A DNA stretch of 64,000 nucleotides from Armatimonadota bacterium (lineage in GTDB: Bacteria > Vulcanimicrobiota > JACPDS01 > JBDRKI01): positions 32,001 through 96,000 of the forward strand of contig JBDRKI010000036.1 in the NCBI GenBank assembly GCA_043814095.1, read 5' to 3'. The position numbers were made by a program, and so were the translations under genes. Position 1 is the stretch's first letter; each line of letters starts with the position of its first letter. The notes beneath the pieces are model-generated. The model was not told the DNA's origin, searched no databases, and saw only the letters and a program-made list of their open reading frames with translations. Positions 8,987 through 18,193 of the stretch are shown here, in pieces.

Positions 8987-9304
8987 ATGTTTCCGTATAA
9001 AATAAATATATTTTACAGCGATGAAGATGAAGGATACATTGCCAACATAGCTGAATTAAAGGGATGTTCTGCTTTCGGATTAAGTCCGGAAGAATCCCTT
9101 AAAGAGATAAAAATTGCGGCTAAGCTTTGGCTAGATACGGCTAAAAAAAATAAGATACCCATTCCTAAACCCAAACAGCATAAATACAGCGGCAGGATAC
9201 TTATAAGGACCACACCCGCTATTCATCAAAAAATTGTAGAAAAAGCAGAAGAGGAACACCTAAGTTTGAATCAGTATATTAATTATTTGTTAGCCACAAC
9301 TTAA
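8987..9304 (+). CDS. hicB: HicB family antitoxin with C-terminal ribbon-helix-helix domain
   Basis: ELKGCSAFG.SPEESL..IPIPKP HicB domain; YSGRILIR..SLNQYI RHH. Confidence 0.9.
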   Translation: MFPYKINIFYSDEDEGYIANIAELKGCSAFGLSPEESLKEIKIAAKLWLDTAKKNKIPIPKPKQHKYSGRILIRTTPAIHQKIVEKAEEEHLSLNQYINYLLATT

Positions 9305-9329
9305 AAATTTGAAAATTTTATTATAATAT

Positions 9330-9358
9330 AAAAAATCCACCTTTTGAGTGGATTTTTT
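9330..9358. terminator. Bidirectional intrinsic terminator (CCACC/GGTGG hairpin family, copy 3)
   Basis: AAAAAATCCAC-CTTTTGA-GTGGATTTTTT between convergent genes. Confidence 0.75.
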
Positions 9359-9381
9359 ATATTATCTAGGTTGCTTTATTT

Positions 9382-10542
9382 TTACTGAACTATATCATTT
9401 ACTTTTATTCTGTTGGAAAGATTTACCCTGTCTTTAATAAACTGGCAGACGGATGTATTTTTATCGCATTTTGTTACAACTACAGGGCCCAGAGGCACTG
9501 CTTCATACATGGTTACACCTGTTAATGGGTCTCTGAAGTCATTTATGCTGTATGCTATGAAAGCCAGTTCAGGATATACCCCGCCTGTTGATCCTTTGTT
9601 GATTACGAATGAATCGGCATTGCATTTTATAACAACGGCTTTAATGGGATTTTTTCTGGCCAATGTCATCTCCTTGGTAGCCGTGTTGCCGTAAATATCT
9701 CTTGCGGTTACTTCAAGAGTCAGTTTTTCGCCTACGCGTCCCGGCGGGTATTCCACGGGATAGCTCATCTGTAAAGTTTTCTGGGGCCATATGCCGTAAT
9801 CAACACCGTTTACTATAAGAGAATCGACTTTAGACGAATCAGTTATGTTCCCCTGAAGAAGCACGCACAGTGTCTTTATTCCCTGGGATTCTTTGGGAAC
9901 GGTAACGGTTATTGAAGGGGCTTCATTGTCACGCGGTTTTGCGCCTATCTTGTTTATAAAGCTGTTGCCGAGTTCATCAATGGCTGATAAGGTAAATGTA
10001 AGAATCTGTTTCTTTACAGGAGGCGCGTCTTTGCCCTGATCTATGCTGTCATCACGCCATACGGTATCAGACCAGAGCACATCGCCTGATTTTCCATCAT
10101 AAAGAATGCCTTCTAATGTGAATTTCCATTTTTGTTGCATGCTGGATAAAAACTGGGGGACGCCGTATTTTGCCATCTGGGAAAGGTTTCCTGCAAGGAG
10201 CCCGTCAAGCCTGTACTGTTTGCAGATTTTAGCGATCTGATCCTTGGTAAAGGGCTTATCCGGTCTTAAAGACGAATAAGGAAATATTTTAAGATCTGTT
10301 ATCATGTCTGTATCTATAGGGACAATTACATAGTTATTCTGTGTCAGAATTTCCTGCATTCTTTCAGGGTAGTAAGGGAAGTCAATATGTCCCGGGATAT
10401 CGGTAGTATTAAACGGCTGCATTACACCGATAATGTAAAGGTCCTGGTATGAATCTCCCGCGGCATCTGCCGGGAGCGGGGAGAAAACAACGAGGCACAA
10501 AAGAACCATCACCGTAAAGATAAGATTTTGTCTTTTTTTCAT
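9382..10542 (-). CDS. Exported protein: CsgG/FlgT-like alpha/beta domain, Ig-like domain, FlgT-C-like barrel
   Basis: Signal peptide (ADA-A); LYDGKSGDVLW; DNEAPSITV..ARDIYGN Ig-like; VINKGS..FRDPLTG C-terminal signature. Confidence 0.55.
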   Translation of the reverse strand: MKKRQNLIFTVMVLLCLVVFSPLPADAAGDSYQDLYIIGVMQPFNTTDIPGHIDFPYYPERMQEILTQNNYVIVPIDTDMITDLKIFPYSSLRPDKPFTKDQIAKICKQYRLDGLLAGNLSQMAKYGVPQFLSSMQQKWKFTLEGILYDGKSGDVLWSDTVWRDDSIDQGKDAPPVKKQILTFTLSAIDELGNSFINKIGAKPRDNEAPSITVTVPKESQGIKTLCVLLQGNITDSSKVDSLIVNGVDYGIWPQKTLQMSYPVEYPPGRVGEKLTLEVTARDIYGNTATKEMTLARKNPIKAVVIKCNADSFVINKGSTGGVYPELAFIAYSINDFRDPLTGVTMYEAVPLGPVVVTKCDKNTSVCQFIKDRVNLSNRIKVNDIVQ

Positions 10543-10575
10543 GCTTTTCGTTCCTCCTTTATTTGATATTAAAAT

Positions 10576-10601
10576 ATTCTTTAATTTTTTTATAAATCCC
10601 T
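10576..10601 (-). promoter_or_regulatory. SigH-like promoter (AGGG-N18-GAAT)
   Basis: On the minus strand AGGG 10601-10598 and GAAT 10579-10576, 34 bp from the 10542 start. Confidence 0.5.
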
Positions 10602-10651
10602 TTAATCATATAATGTTTGTGCATGTAAGTTACAAAGGGTAAAATAAGAAT

Positions 10652-11551
10652 TTATTGATGGCAGTTTTCGCAGTCATGATCGCAGTTTGGTTTCTGATGG
10701 CATGGTTCGGCATGTATTAATATCTCAATATCGGTAAAAGTTTGTTTTATATCTATTTCTAAATGATCGCATAATTTATGGGCTTCAGCTAAAGTGCAGG
10801 TCGGTTTTAACACAAGATGAAGGTCAACATATCTTACAGAACCCGAGCTTCTGGTTCTTAAATTGTGGTATTCTATGAACTGGCCCATGTGTTGATCTAA
10901 AATTTCTCTTATAGTTTTTTCTTCTTCTTCAGGCAGGGATTCATCTATTAAGTCCTTCATTGTTTTGCGTATAAGTTTGAAGAAAGAGAATAATATTATG
11001 CATGCTACTAATAATCCCACGATAGGATCTATTATGTTGATACCGGTTACTTTAATTATTATTAAGGAGACAAGAACCCCGGCTTCCCTCCATATATCCG
11101 CTTTAAAATTATGGGCTCTTCCTTCAAGGGCTATTGAATTTTCGGATTTCGCGGTTTTGAACAGATAATTAGAAACCACTATTTTTGATATTAAGGATAC
11201 GGCCATAACCAGGATACCCAGATTTAGTTCTCCGATTATATTGCCGTAAAGTATACCCTTAACAGCTTTTATAACGATAAATACGGCTATTGATAATATG
11301 AATATGGATTCTAATGCCGCGGATAAAGTCTCAAATTTGCCGTGCCCGTAAGGGTGGTCTTTATCAGGCGGTTTTTCCGATTTTTTAATAAGGAAGTAGG
11401 ATAATAAAGAAATAGCAAGGTCGCCTATGGAGTCTAACGCTTCAGATAGTATGGCTATGGAATTAATATAAAGGCCGACAGCCACTTTTAATATAGCTAT
11501 CACAATAACATATATTATTGATATAACAGATGCTGTTACTTTTTTAGTCAT
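10652..11551 (-). CDS. Cation diffusion facilitator (FieF/CzcD family) metal transporter
   Basis: Six TM segments, SEALDS.GD, KPPDKDHPYGHGKFE, cytosolic dimerisation domain, His/Cys-rich tail. Confidence 0.92.
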   Translation of the reverse strand: MTKKVTASVISIIYVIVIAILKVAVGLYINSIAILSEALDSIGDLAISLLSYFLIKKSEKPPDKDHPYGHGKFETLSAALESIFILSIAVFIVIKAVKGILYGNIIGELNLGILVMAVSLISKIVVSNYLFKTAKSENSIALEGRAHNFKADIWREAGVLVSLIIIKVTGINIIDPIVGLLVACIILFSFFKLIRKTMKDLIDESLPEEEEKTIREILDQHMGQFIEYHNLRTRSSGSVRYVDLHLVLKPTCTLAEAHKLCDHLEIDIKQTFTDIEILIHAEPCHQKPNCDHDCENCHQ

Positions 11552-11696
11552 ATAATCACTGCTTAATATAATTTAATATTAAGAAAATTATATCAGAAAT
11601 AGAATTTTTTAAAAAGGGGTTAGTGTCATTTTATCGAAAAATTATTGAGTTAGAAGATTGTTCGATAACCATAATTTAATAAAAAAGGCGGTATTT

Positions 11697-12698
11697 ATGA
11701 AAAAATTAACATCCGGCAAAAAAAGGATTTTTCTTTTTATTCTGCCCGCATTATTGTTAATATTTACTTTAACGGGATGCGCGACAAACAGTACGACAAC
11801 CGAGCTTGCGGCCGCCGCGACGGGTTATTATCTTTATGTAGGGAATATGACTACCAATGATGTGACTATAATTAATACAGGCACTAACTCGGCGGCAGCC
11901 ACTGTTAATGTCGGGGATAATCCGGGCAGGGCGGTTATAGGGCTGTATGATTATGTTTATGTACCGAACTGGGGTTCTAATAATGTATCAGTAATCAGAG
12001 TCAGCGACAATACCGTAACTACCGCCGTCAATGTGGGGAGAAATCCTTTCGAGACTGCTATCACGCCTAACGGCAATTATGTTTATGTGTCAAATATGGG
12101 CGCTGATACCGTGTCGGTAATAAAAACCAGCGATAATACCGTAACTTCTACAATAAATGTAGGGTCAAATCCGTCAGGGATAGTGGTTACACCCAGCGGC
12201 AGTTATGTTTATGTGGCAAATATGGACAGTGATACCGTATCTATAATAAGAACAAGCGATAATACGGTAACCGCCACAATAAATGTGGGAACCCACCCCA
12301 AGGGAATCGCCATCACGCCTAACGGCAGTTATGTTTATGTGGTAAATGACGGTTCTGATACCGTATCGGTAATAAGAACAAGTACCAATACCGTAACAGC
12401 AACTATAGATGTCGGCTCCAGTCCATACGGGGCCGCAGTTACACCTGACGGGAAACATGTTTATGTGACAAATTATTTTCATAATACCGTATCGGTAATA
12501 AATACAGCCAGCAATACGGTGACCGCTACGGTTAATGTCGGAACGAGCCCTACAGCTGTGGCTGTTTCTCCTTACGGTGATTATGTTTATGTGACAAACT
12601 GGGGTTCTAATACGGTATCTGTAATAAGGGTCAGCGATAATGAAGTAGTTAATACCGTTAATACAGGGATAGGACCGGGAGGAGCGGTAATCGGTTAA
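11697..12698 (+). CDS. YVTN-repeat (YncE-like) seven-bladed beta-propeller lipoprotein
   Basis: LTGC lipobox; about seven 42-aa repeats of (T/S)P.G.YVYV.N...TVSVI....NTV..T.NVG..P; ATG 11697 preferred to TTG 11658. Confidence 0.9.
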   Translation: MKKLTSGKKRIFLFILPALLLIFTLTGCATNSTTTELAAAATGYYLYVGNMTTNDVTIINTGTNSAAATVNVGDNPGRAVIGLYDYVYVPNWGSNNVSVIRVSDNTVTTAVNVGRNPFETAITPNGNYVYVSNMGADTVSVIKTSDNTVTSTINVGSNPSGIVVTPSGSYVYVANMDSDTVSIIRTSDNTVTATINVGTHPKGIAITPNGSYVYVVNDGSDTVSVIRTSTNTVTATIDVGSSPYGAAVTPDGKHVYVTNYFHNTVSVINTASNTVTATVNVGTSPTAVAVSPYGDYVYVTNWGSNTVSVIRVSDNEVVNTVNTGIGPGGAVIG

Positions 12699-12747
12699 TA
12701 ATTTATAAAAAGATGATTGTCATTAGATAGATAAAAAGAGGAAGATA

Positions 12748-14817
12748 TTAATTTTTATCTTCTTCTTTCTTTTTCTTTAATATTTCTTCTTCAATATTTT
12801 TAGGAGCTGGGAGGTATTTGAAAAACTCCATAGAGAATGTTGCTCTCCCGCTGCTTAATGTGCGCAGGGCCGTCGCATAACCGAACATCTCTTTAAGAGG
12901 CACAGTTCCCGTTATTTTCTGCGAGCCCTTGCGGAACCTTCTCATGTTGTTTATCTTCCCGCGTCTTCTTGTTAAATCTCCCATGATATCACCTAAGTAC
13001 TGGTCTGGGGAGTTTATCTCTATTTTCATTACAGGTTCAAGCATAAGAGGAGATGCTTTTTTAAATGCTTCTTTAAAAGCCATTGATGCCGCTGTCTTAA
13101 ACGCGAATTCCGACGAATCCACTTCATGTGTCGTGCCGTCTAATAGTTCGCACTTTACATCAACTACGGGGTATCCCGCGTATGCGCCTTCCTGCATGGC
13201 TTCTTCTATGCCTTTTTTAACAGCGGGGATGTACTCTTTGGGTATCACCCCGCCTTTTGTACGGTCAATGAATTCAAAGCCTTTGGCATCATTGGGCTCT
13301 ATGCTTATAACGCAGTGCGCGAACTGTCCCTTGCCGCCGGACTGTTTTACATAACGCTTGTCGCAGTCAGCTTTTCTGGTTATTGTTTCCCTGAATGAGA
13401 TCGAAGGGCTGCCGGTTTCGGCGTTTACGCCGAATTCTCTTTTTAGGCGGTCAACAATAATTTCAAGATGGAGTTCTCCCATACCGGATATTATAATTTC
13501 TTTTGTTTCTTCATCGGTGCGGAAACCGAAAGACGGATCTTCCATTGCTATTTTTTTAAGGGAGATACCGAGCTTGTCGTTTTCCTGCTGGGATAAAACG
13601 GATACCCTTATGCTTATAACCGATTCAGGTGCCGTTATTTTTTCAAAGAGTATAGGGTTACTTGGCGAGGAGAGGGTATCACCTGTTGTGGTGTTTTTAG
13701 TGCCTATCAATGCAACTATATCGCCTGCTGATGCCTCTTTTAGTTCCTGCCTGTCTTGCGCGTGTATTTTAAGTATTTTACTTATTCTTTCTTCCTTGTT
13801 TTTTAAAGTATTTAAAACAGTGTCTCCTTGAGATATTTTTCCCGAATAAATTCTTGTAAATGTCTGCTGGCCTACGAACGGGTCGTGTATTATTTTAAAT
13901 GCAAGAGCTGAGAAATTTTCATCTGCAGAAGGTTTTCTGGTAAGAACTTTTTCCGGATCATCCGGGCAAAAACCTGTTGTAACACCTATATCAAGAGGGG
14001 AGGGCAGATAATCAATAACAGCGTCAAGAAGATTCTGTACTCCGATATTTTTATATGCCGCACCGCAGAAAACAGGAGTTATGATAGATTTTAAAACACC
14101 GTCTCTTGCGGTTTTTTTGATAAGCTCTGCATCTATAGGTTTATCTTCCATATACTGTTCAAGCATCTCGTCACTGTATTCGGTTAATTTTTCTATTATT
14201 TCTTTATGCGCTTCCTGGGCTGAATTTAGATATTTTTCCGGTATCTCTTCCTCTTTATATGAGCCGTCTTTATAAATGAGGGCTTTCATTGCAACAAGAT
14301 CAATGACCCCTGTTAATTCTTCTCCCTCAAATAAAGGAAACTGGAATTTTACAGGGTTTGCCTCAAGCTGGTCTGTCATCATTTTTACACAAGTTTCAAA
14401 ATCCGCGCCTACGGTATCCATTTTATTTATAAAAGCGATTTTAGGTACTTTGTGTTTCTGCGCCTGGTTCCATACGGTTTCTGTCTGGGCTTCCACGCCG
14501 TTAACTCCGCAGAAAACCGCGACAACGCCGTCAAGAACTCGCAGTGATCTTTCAACTTCAATAATAAAATCAACATGACCCGGAGTGTCAATAATATTTA
14601 TCTGATGGTCTTTCCACGCGCAGGTTATTGCCGCAGAAGCTATGGTAATGCCGCGTTCCTGTTCCTGGGTCATAAAATCCATGGTGGCTTTGCCGTCGTG
14701 GACTTCACCCATCTTCCTTATATTACCGCTGTAATACAGGATTCTTTCGGTAACGGTTGTCTTGCCTGCGTCAATATGGGCGACAATCCCGATGTTTCTC
14801 AGTTTTTCCAGTGACAT
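12748..14817 (-). CDS. fusA: Elongation factor G (stand-alone copy)
   Basis: AHIDAGKTT, ERGITI, DTPGHVDF, NKMD, GMGELHLEI, KQSGGKGQF and HEVDSS motifs; 689 aa. Confidence 0.95.
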   Translation of the reverse strand: MSLEKLRNIGIVAHIDAGKTTVTERILYYSGNIRKMGEVHDGKATMDFMTQEQERGITIASAAITCAWKDHQINIIDTPGHVDFIIEVERSLRVLDGVVAVFCGVNGVEAQTETVWNQAQKHKVPKIAFINKMDTVGADFETCVKMMTDQLEANPVKFQFPLFEGEELTGVIDLVAMKALIYKDGSYKEEEIPEKYLNSAQEAHKEIIEKLTEYSDEMLEQYMEDKPIDAELIKKTARDGVLKSIITPVFCGAAYKNIGVQNLLDAVIDYLPSPLDIGVTTGFCPDDPEKVLTRKPSADENFSALAFKIIHDPFVGQQTFTRIYSGKISQGDTVLNTLKNKEERISKILKIHAQDRQELKEASAGDIVALIGTKNTTTGDTLSSPSNPILFEKITAPESVISIRVSVLSQQENDKLGISLKKIAMEDPSFGFRTDEETKEIIISGMGELHLEIIVDRLKREFGVNAETGSPSISFRETITRKADCDKRYVKQSGGKGQFAHCVISIEPNDAKGFEFIDRTKGGVIPKEYIPAVKKGIEEAMQEGAYAGYPVVDVKCELLDGTTHEVDSSEFAFKTAASMAFKEAFKKASPLMLEPVMKIEINSPDQYLGDIMGDLTRRRGKINNMRRFRKGSQKITGTVPLKEMFGYATALRTLSSGRATFSMEFFKYLPAPKNIEEEILKKKKEEDKN

Positions 14818-14919
14818 AATAAAAGCTCCTTTTGTTAAGGAAATAACAATACATTAATAAGTTATGCTTGTCAATGATTTTTTACCTTATTTATATATTA
14901 TTTTCACATAAAATTAATA

Positions 14920-14946
14920 TAGGGACAAGGCAGTGCCCTGTCCCTA
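14920..14946. repeat. REP-like palindrome
   Basis: TAGGGACAAGGCA-G-TGCCCTGTCCCTA, 13-bp arms with one mismatch; GC-rich in an AT-rich spacer. Confidence 0.5.
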
Positions 14947-14979
14947 AGAAAAACCGGCATAAGATATAAAAAGTTTTTC

Positions 14980-16944
14980 TTATTTAACTATTAATTCGCC
15001 CGCGTAATTATCGTATATCTGCGGCTGCTGGGTATAATAACCGCTTGTTCCCGAGTAAATATAATCATTTGTCAGTCCGGGTACATATCCTCCCAGCTCT
15101 TCCGCTGATATTGATGTGCTTGAATCGGCATCCGCCGGTCCGAATATTGAACCCTGACCCAGCCCTTCACATATGTAATATACAAAAACGCCGTTCTGCA
15201 GGAATCCTGACTCCCAGCTTACTTCATCGGAAGCAGAAGATGTCATAACATAGGTATTATCAAGGCCTTCAAGTGATTTAGAGAATTCTTCGCCTTTGTA
15301 GCTTAAGCTGGAATTTTTAACGGGGATATATTTAGCTTTCATGTATTCTGACCTTGAATATTTTTTATCTATGAAATGCCCGCTGAAACAGGCATCTAAG
15401 AGGATATACTTACTTGAAGTTTCAGGAAAATCCTTGATCCAGTTCTTAAGATCATTCTCGCTTATTCTCTTGGAGTCGTCATCTATGCTGTCATGTGGTA
15501 TTAGATATCCTGTATTGCCGGTGTTTGTGCCGTGTCCGGAATAAAGGAATATGAATAATCCGTCATCTGCGATATTATTTGCGGCATCCGCTATCGCGTT
15601 CTGTATTGCTTCTTTTGTCGCCTTGGCATATCTGTTTACGCTTATACTGGCTCCGGCCCATAATGGGGAATTTAGGAGGCTGTCTTTCATATCTACCGCG
15701 TCATCATCCGTATAACTGAGGTCATATTCGGTACCGGGATAATCACATACGCCCACAAGTACCGCGCAGACCGATCCGTCTGCCGATGATATTGTTATAA
15801 GGGTATCCCCGCCGTCCTGGGGAGTATCCGGTTCATCCGGCTCATCAGGGATATCGGGTTCTTCATCGGGAGCTTCGTAACCGCTCCCGCTTTTTATATC
15901 CATGCTCCCGCTGTAGTTGTCATAAGACTGCGGCTGCTGTGTATAATAATAATTACTGTTATTTATAACATAGTTGTTTACGCGGGAAGGTACATAGGAA
16001 GATAATTCTTCCGCGCTTATTGAATCATTTGAATCCGTGTCCGCGGGGCCTATTACGGCGCCCGTGCCCAGTCCTTCGCAGAGGTAATATATGAAAACGC
16101 CGTTCTGCAGGTATCCGGATTCAAAACTTACTTCATCACCTTTTGACGAAGTCATAACATAAGTATTTTGGGATCCGGTAAGATTTTTAACTGTTTTATC
16201 GCTGTCATAATACGGGTTAGATCCTTTAACAGCCATGTATTTGGATTTTAAAGCGCCGGTATTTACACCCCGTGCATCTATAAAAAGACCGCTGAAGCAT
16301 GAGTCTATTAATACGTATTTTTTAGCGGTTGAAGGAAAATTATCAATCCAGTTTTTCATTTCATATTCACTTATCATACTGGAATATCCGTAAGCGCCGT
16401 CATAAGGTATTATATATCCCGTACTTCCGTTATTTGTACCGTGGCCTGAGTACATAAATACAAATAACCCGTCGCTTGCTAAACTGTTCTGCGCGTTTGT
16501 TACGGCAGTCTGGATTTTTGCTTTTGTTACGTGTATATCACTCTGTATATTTACATCAGCGCCTGTCCATGAGCCGCTGTTTATTAAAGCGTCTTTAAAA
16601 TCAAGAGCGTCTTTATATGTGCATGTAAGGTCTGAGGAATCATTGCTCCCGGGTTCATCCGGGTAATCTGATACGCCGGCTATTACCGCGTAAGCCGATC
16701 CATCCGCTTTTGATATGGTTATTAAAACACCCTTATTTTCCGGTTCCGGTGTCTGCGCTGGCGCAGGGGTGGGTTCTTCGGCAGGGGAAGAGTATACCGG
16801 TTCATTAGAAGTATTTGTTCCGCCGCCACCGCCTGTACCGCCGCCGCCTCCTCCTCCGCAGCTTGTCAGAACAAGAGTAAGCAGGGGACATAGGATAATT
16901 AATATAAAAACGGTAAAAAATAATGGAATATTTCTTTTTTTCAT
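14980..16944 (-). CDS. Lipoprotein with two tandem caspase-family (peptidase C14) domains
   Basis: LTSC lipobox, poly-Gly and Pro-rich linker; domain 1 YSGHG/IDSCFSG, domain 2 YSGHG/LDACFSG; acidic PDE linker; both domains end with YYTQQPQ.YDNY. Confidence 0.85.
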   Translation of the reverse strand: MKKRNIPLFFTVFILIILCPLLTLVLTSCGGGGGGGTGGGGGTNTSNEPVYSSPAEEPTPAPAQTPEPENKGVLITISKADGSAYAVIAGVSDYPDEPGSNDSSDLTCTYKDALDFKDALINSGSWTGADVNIQSDIHVTKAKIQTAVTNAQNSLASDGLFVFMYSGHGTNNGSTGYIIPYDGAYGYSSMISEYEMKNWIDNFPSTAKKYVLIDSCFSGLFIDARGVNTGALKSKYMAVKGSNPYYDSDKTVKNLTGSQNTYVMTSSKGDEVSFESGYLQNGVFIYYLCEGLGTGAVIGPADTDSNDSISAEELSSYVPSRVNNYVINNSNYYYTQQPQSYDNYSGSMDIKSGSGYEAPDEEPDIPDEPDEPDTPQDGGDTLITISSADGSVCAVLVGVCDYPGTEYDLSYTDDDAVDMKDSLLNSPLWAGASISVNRYAKATKEAIQNAIADAANNIADDGLFIFLYSGHGTNTGNTGYLIPHDSIDDDSKRISENDLKNWIKDFPETSSKYILLDACFSGHFIDKKYSRSEYMKAKYIPVKNSSLSYKGEEFSKSLEGLDNTYVMTSSASDEVSWESGFLQNGVFVYYICEGLGQGSIFGPADADSSTSISAEELGGYVPGLTNDYIYSGTSGYYTQQPQIYDNYAGELIVK

Positions 16945-17030
16945 AATAATACCCCCAATAAATTATAAAAAATGCCTGTGCCTGCTGATTGTTTTGTTAA
17001 TTATATTATAGCATTAAAAAAGTAAAGAAT

Positions 17031-17071
17031 TGTTAAATTTTTGTTAACAGAATGTTAACATATTGTTAACA
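17031..17071. promoter_or_regulatory. Array of four TGTTAA(CA) boxes at 11-bp spacing (OmpR/PhoB-type direct-repeat site)
   Basis: Boxes start at 17031, 17042, 17053 and 17064; minus-strand extended -10 TGCTATAAT at 17013-17005 points to the caspase gene. Confidence 0.65.
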
Positions 17072-17091
17072 TTTATGAGGGTATAGGGTAA

Positions 17092-18036
17092 TTATCTTAC
17101 AGGTATAAAGGCATGCCCGTCCCATTCATAAGCATCACAGAATTTTTCGGCTTCACCGTGGGTAAAATAAGTGCCGTAAAGGCGTATCTCGGGCTGGCGG
17201 TTATTATTGCTATCTGCTATTTCCAAACTTTCAAAATAGCCTTCCTGGCCCAAATCCATACTATTGCGCCATATTTCTTCATAACGGGAACCGTCCCATT
17301 TATATATAATTACATTATTCGCGCTTCTTGAGGCCATGCAGTCAGGAAGTATTTTATCATCACCTATGCTTACCACAACCAGTTCGTCTTTGCCGTCTCC
17401 CGTAATGTCGGCATATTCTTTTCCTACTATTGCAATTGTGTTCATATTGCCGGAATGTCCTGTATCAACATCGTAATATGATTTCGTTTTTATATAGAAT
17501 GCGGGGCATCCGCGGTACATATTTACCGTAGCCTGTGAGTTAGCATCTACCGTGAAATTAGATATTACCTTTCCCGGATACATAAGCTCCGCTAATTCTT
17601 CATTTGATAATATATGCGTGCTGCTTTTTACTTTGTCTTTTTTAAATATACCTAGATTTTTAATGTAGTCTGACTGTAATACTGCTTTTGCTATTATAAA
17701 AATGCCGGAAAGAACCAGAATTATTGATATCAAAGAAGTTATTAACGGCATTATTTTCTTTTTTTCTTTTCCCGTATCTTTCTCTTTTTCTTTCTCTGGA
17801 GAGGATTTTAATTCTTCTTTATCCGGTATTATTGATATCTCGGTATTTTCTGTTATTGTACCTTCATTGCTGGGTTCAAGATTTGTTACTTTTAAATTTA
17901 TACCGGAGAAGCGTATTATTTTGCCTTTGGATATGCTCTTTCCCATTAAAAATGAACCAAGCTCATCTGACCTTGCCTCTATGGACCTTATATTTCTTAA
18001 AGATACCGTTAATTCAACAAACTTAGCTTCAGGCAT
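17092..18036 (-). CDS. Single-pass membrane protein: N-terminal CDC48/p97 N-domain-2-like module, TM helix, extracytoplasmic domain with DxDGDG-type motif
   Basis: EAKFVEL..LMGKSISKG.II....LKVTNLEPS...ITENTEISI; hydrophobic LITSLISIILVLSGIFII; ADITGDGKDELVV. Confidence 0.55.
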   Translation of the reverse strand: MPEAKFVELTVSLRNIRSIEARSDELGSFLMGKSISKGKIIRFSGINLKVTNLEPSNEGTITENTEISIIPDKEELKSSPEKEKEKDTGKEKKKIMPLITSLISIILVLSGIFIIAKAVLQSDYIKNLGIFKKDKVKSSTHILSNEELAELMYPGKVISNFTVDANSQATVNMYRGCPAFYIKTKSYYDVDTGHSGNMNTIAIVGKEYADITGDGKDELVVVSIGDDKILPDCMASRSANNVIIYKWDGSRYEEIWRNSMDLGQEGYFESLEIADSNNNRQPEIRLYGTYFTHGEAEKFCDAYEWDGHAFIPVR

Positions 18037-18071
18037 AACTCACCTCTTTAACTGTTTTCTGTATATTTATA

Positions 18072-18097
18072 ATTCGCAGTTTTATAAAAAGCTTCCT
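18072..18097 (-). promoter_or_regulatory. SigH-like promoter (AGGA-N18-GAAT)
   Basis: Minus strand AGGA 18097-18094 and GAAT 18075-18072, 36 bp from the 18036 start. Confidence 0.5.
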
Positions 18098-18135
18098 CCA
18101 AATAAAATAAATTAAGAAATGAATAGATGAATGAA

Positions 18136-18176
18136 TTAAAAAACCAGAGCTGCCGTAAGCAGCCCTGGTTTTTTAA
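18136..18176 (-). terminator. Intrinsic terminator of the alanine symporter gene
   Basis: TTAAAAAACCAGAGCTGC-CGTAA-GCAGCCCTGGTTTTTTAA. Confidence 0.8.
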
Positions 18177-18193
18177 AAACAATCTGTAATTAA

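Noticed and set aside
11860-12690. Regular ~126-bp DNA repeats resembling a CRISPR array or tandem repeat
   Set aside because: They are the coding repeats of a YVTN beta-propeller, with degenerate third positions and no unique spacers or cas genes
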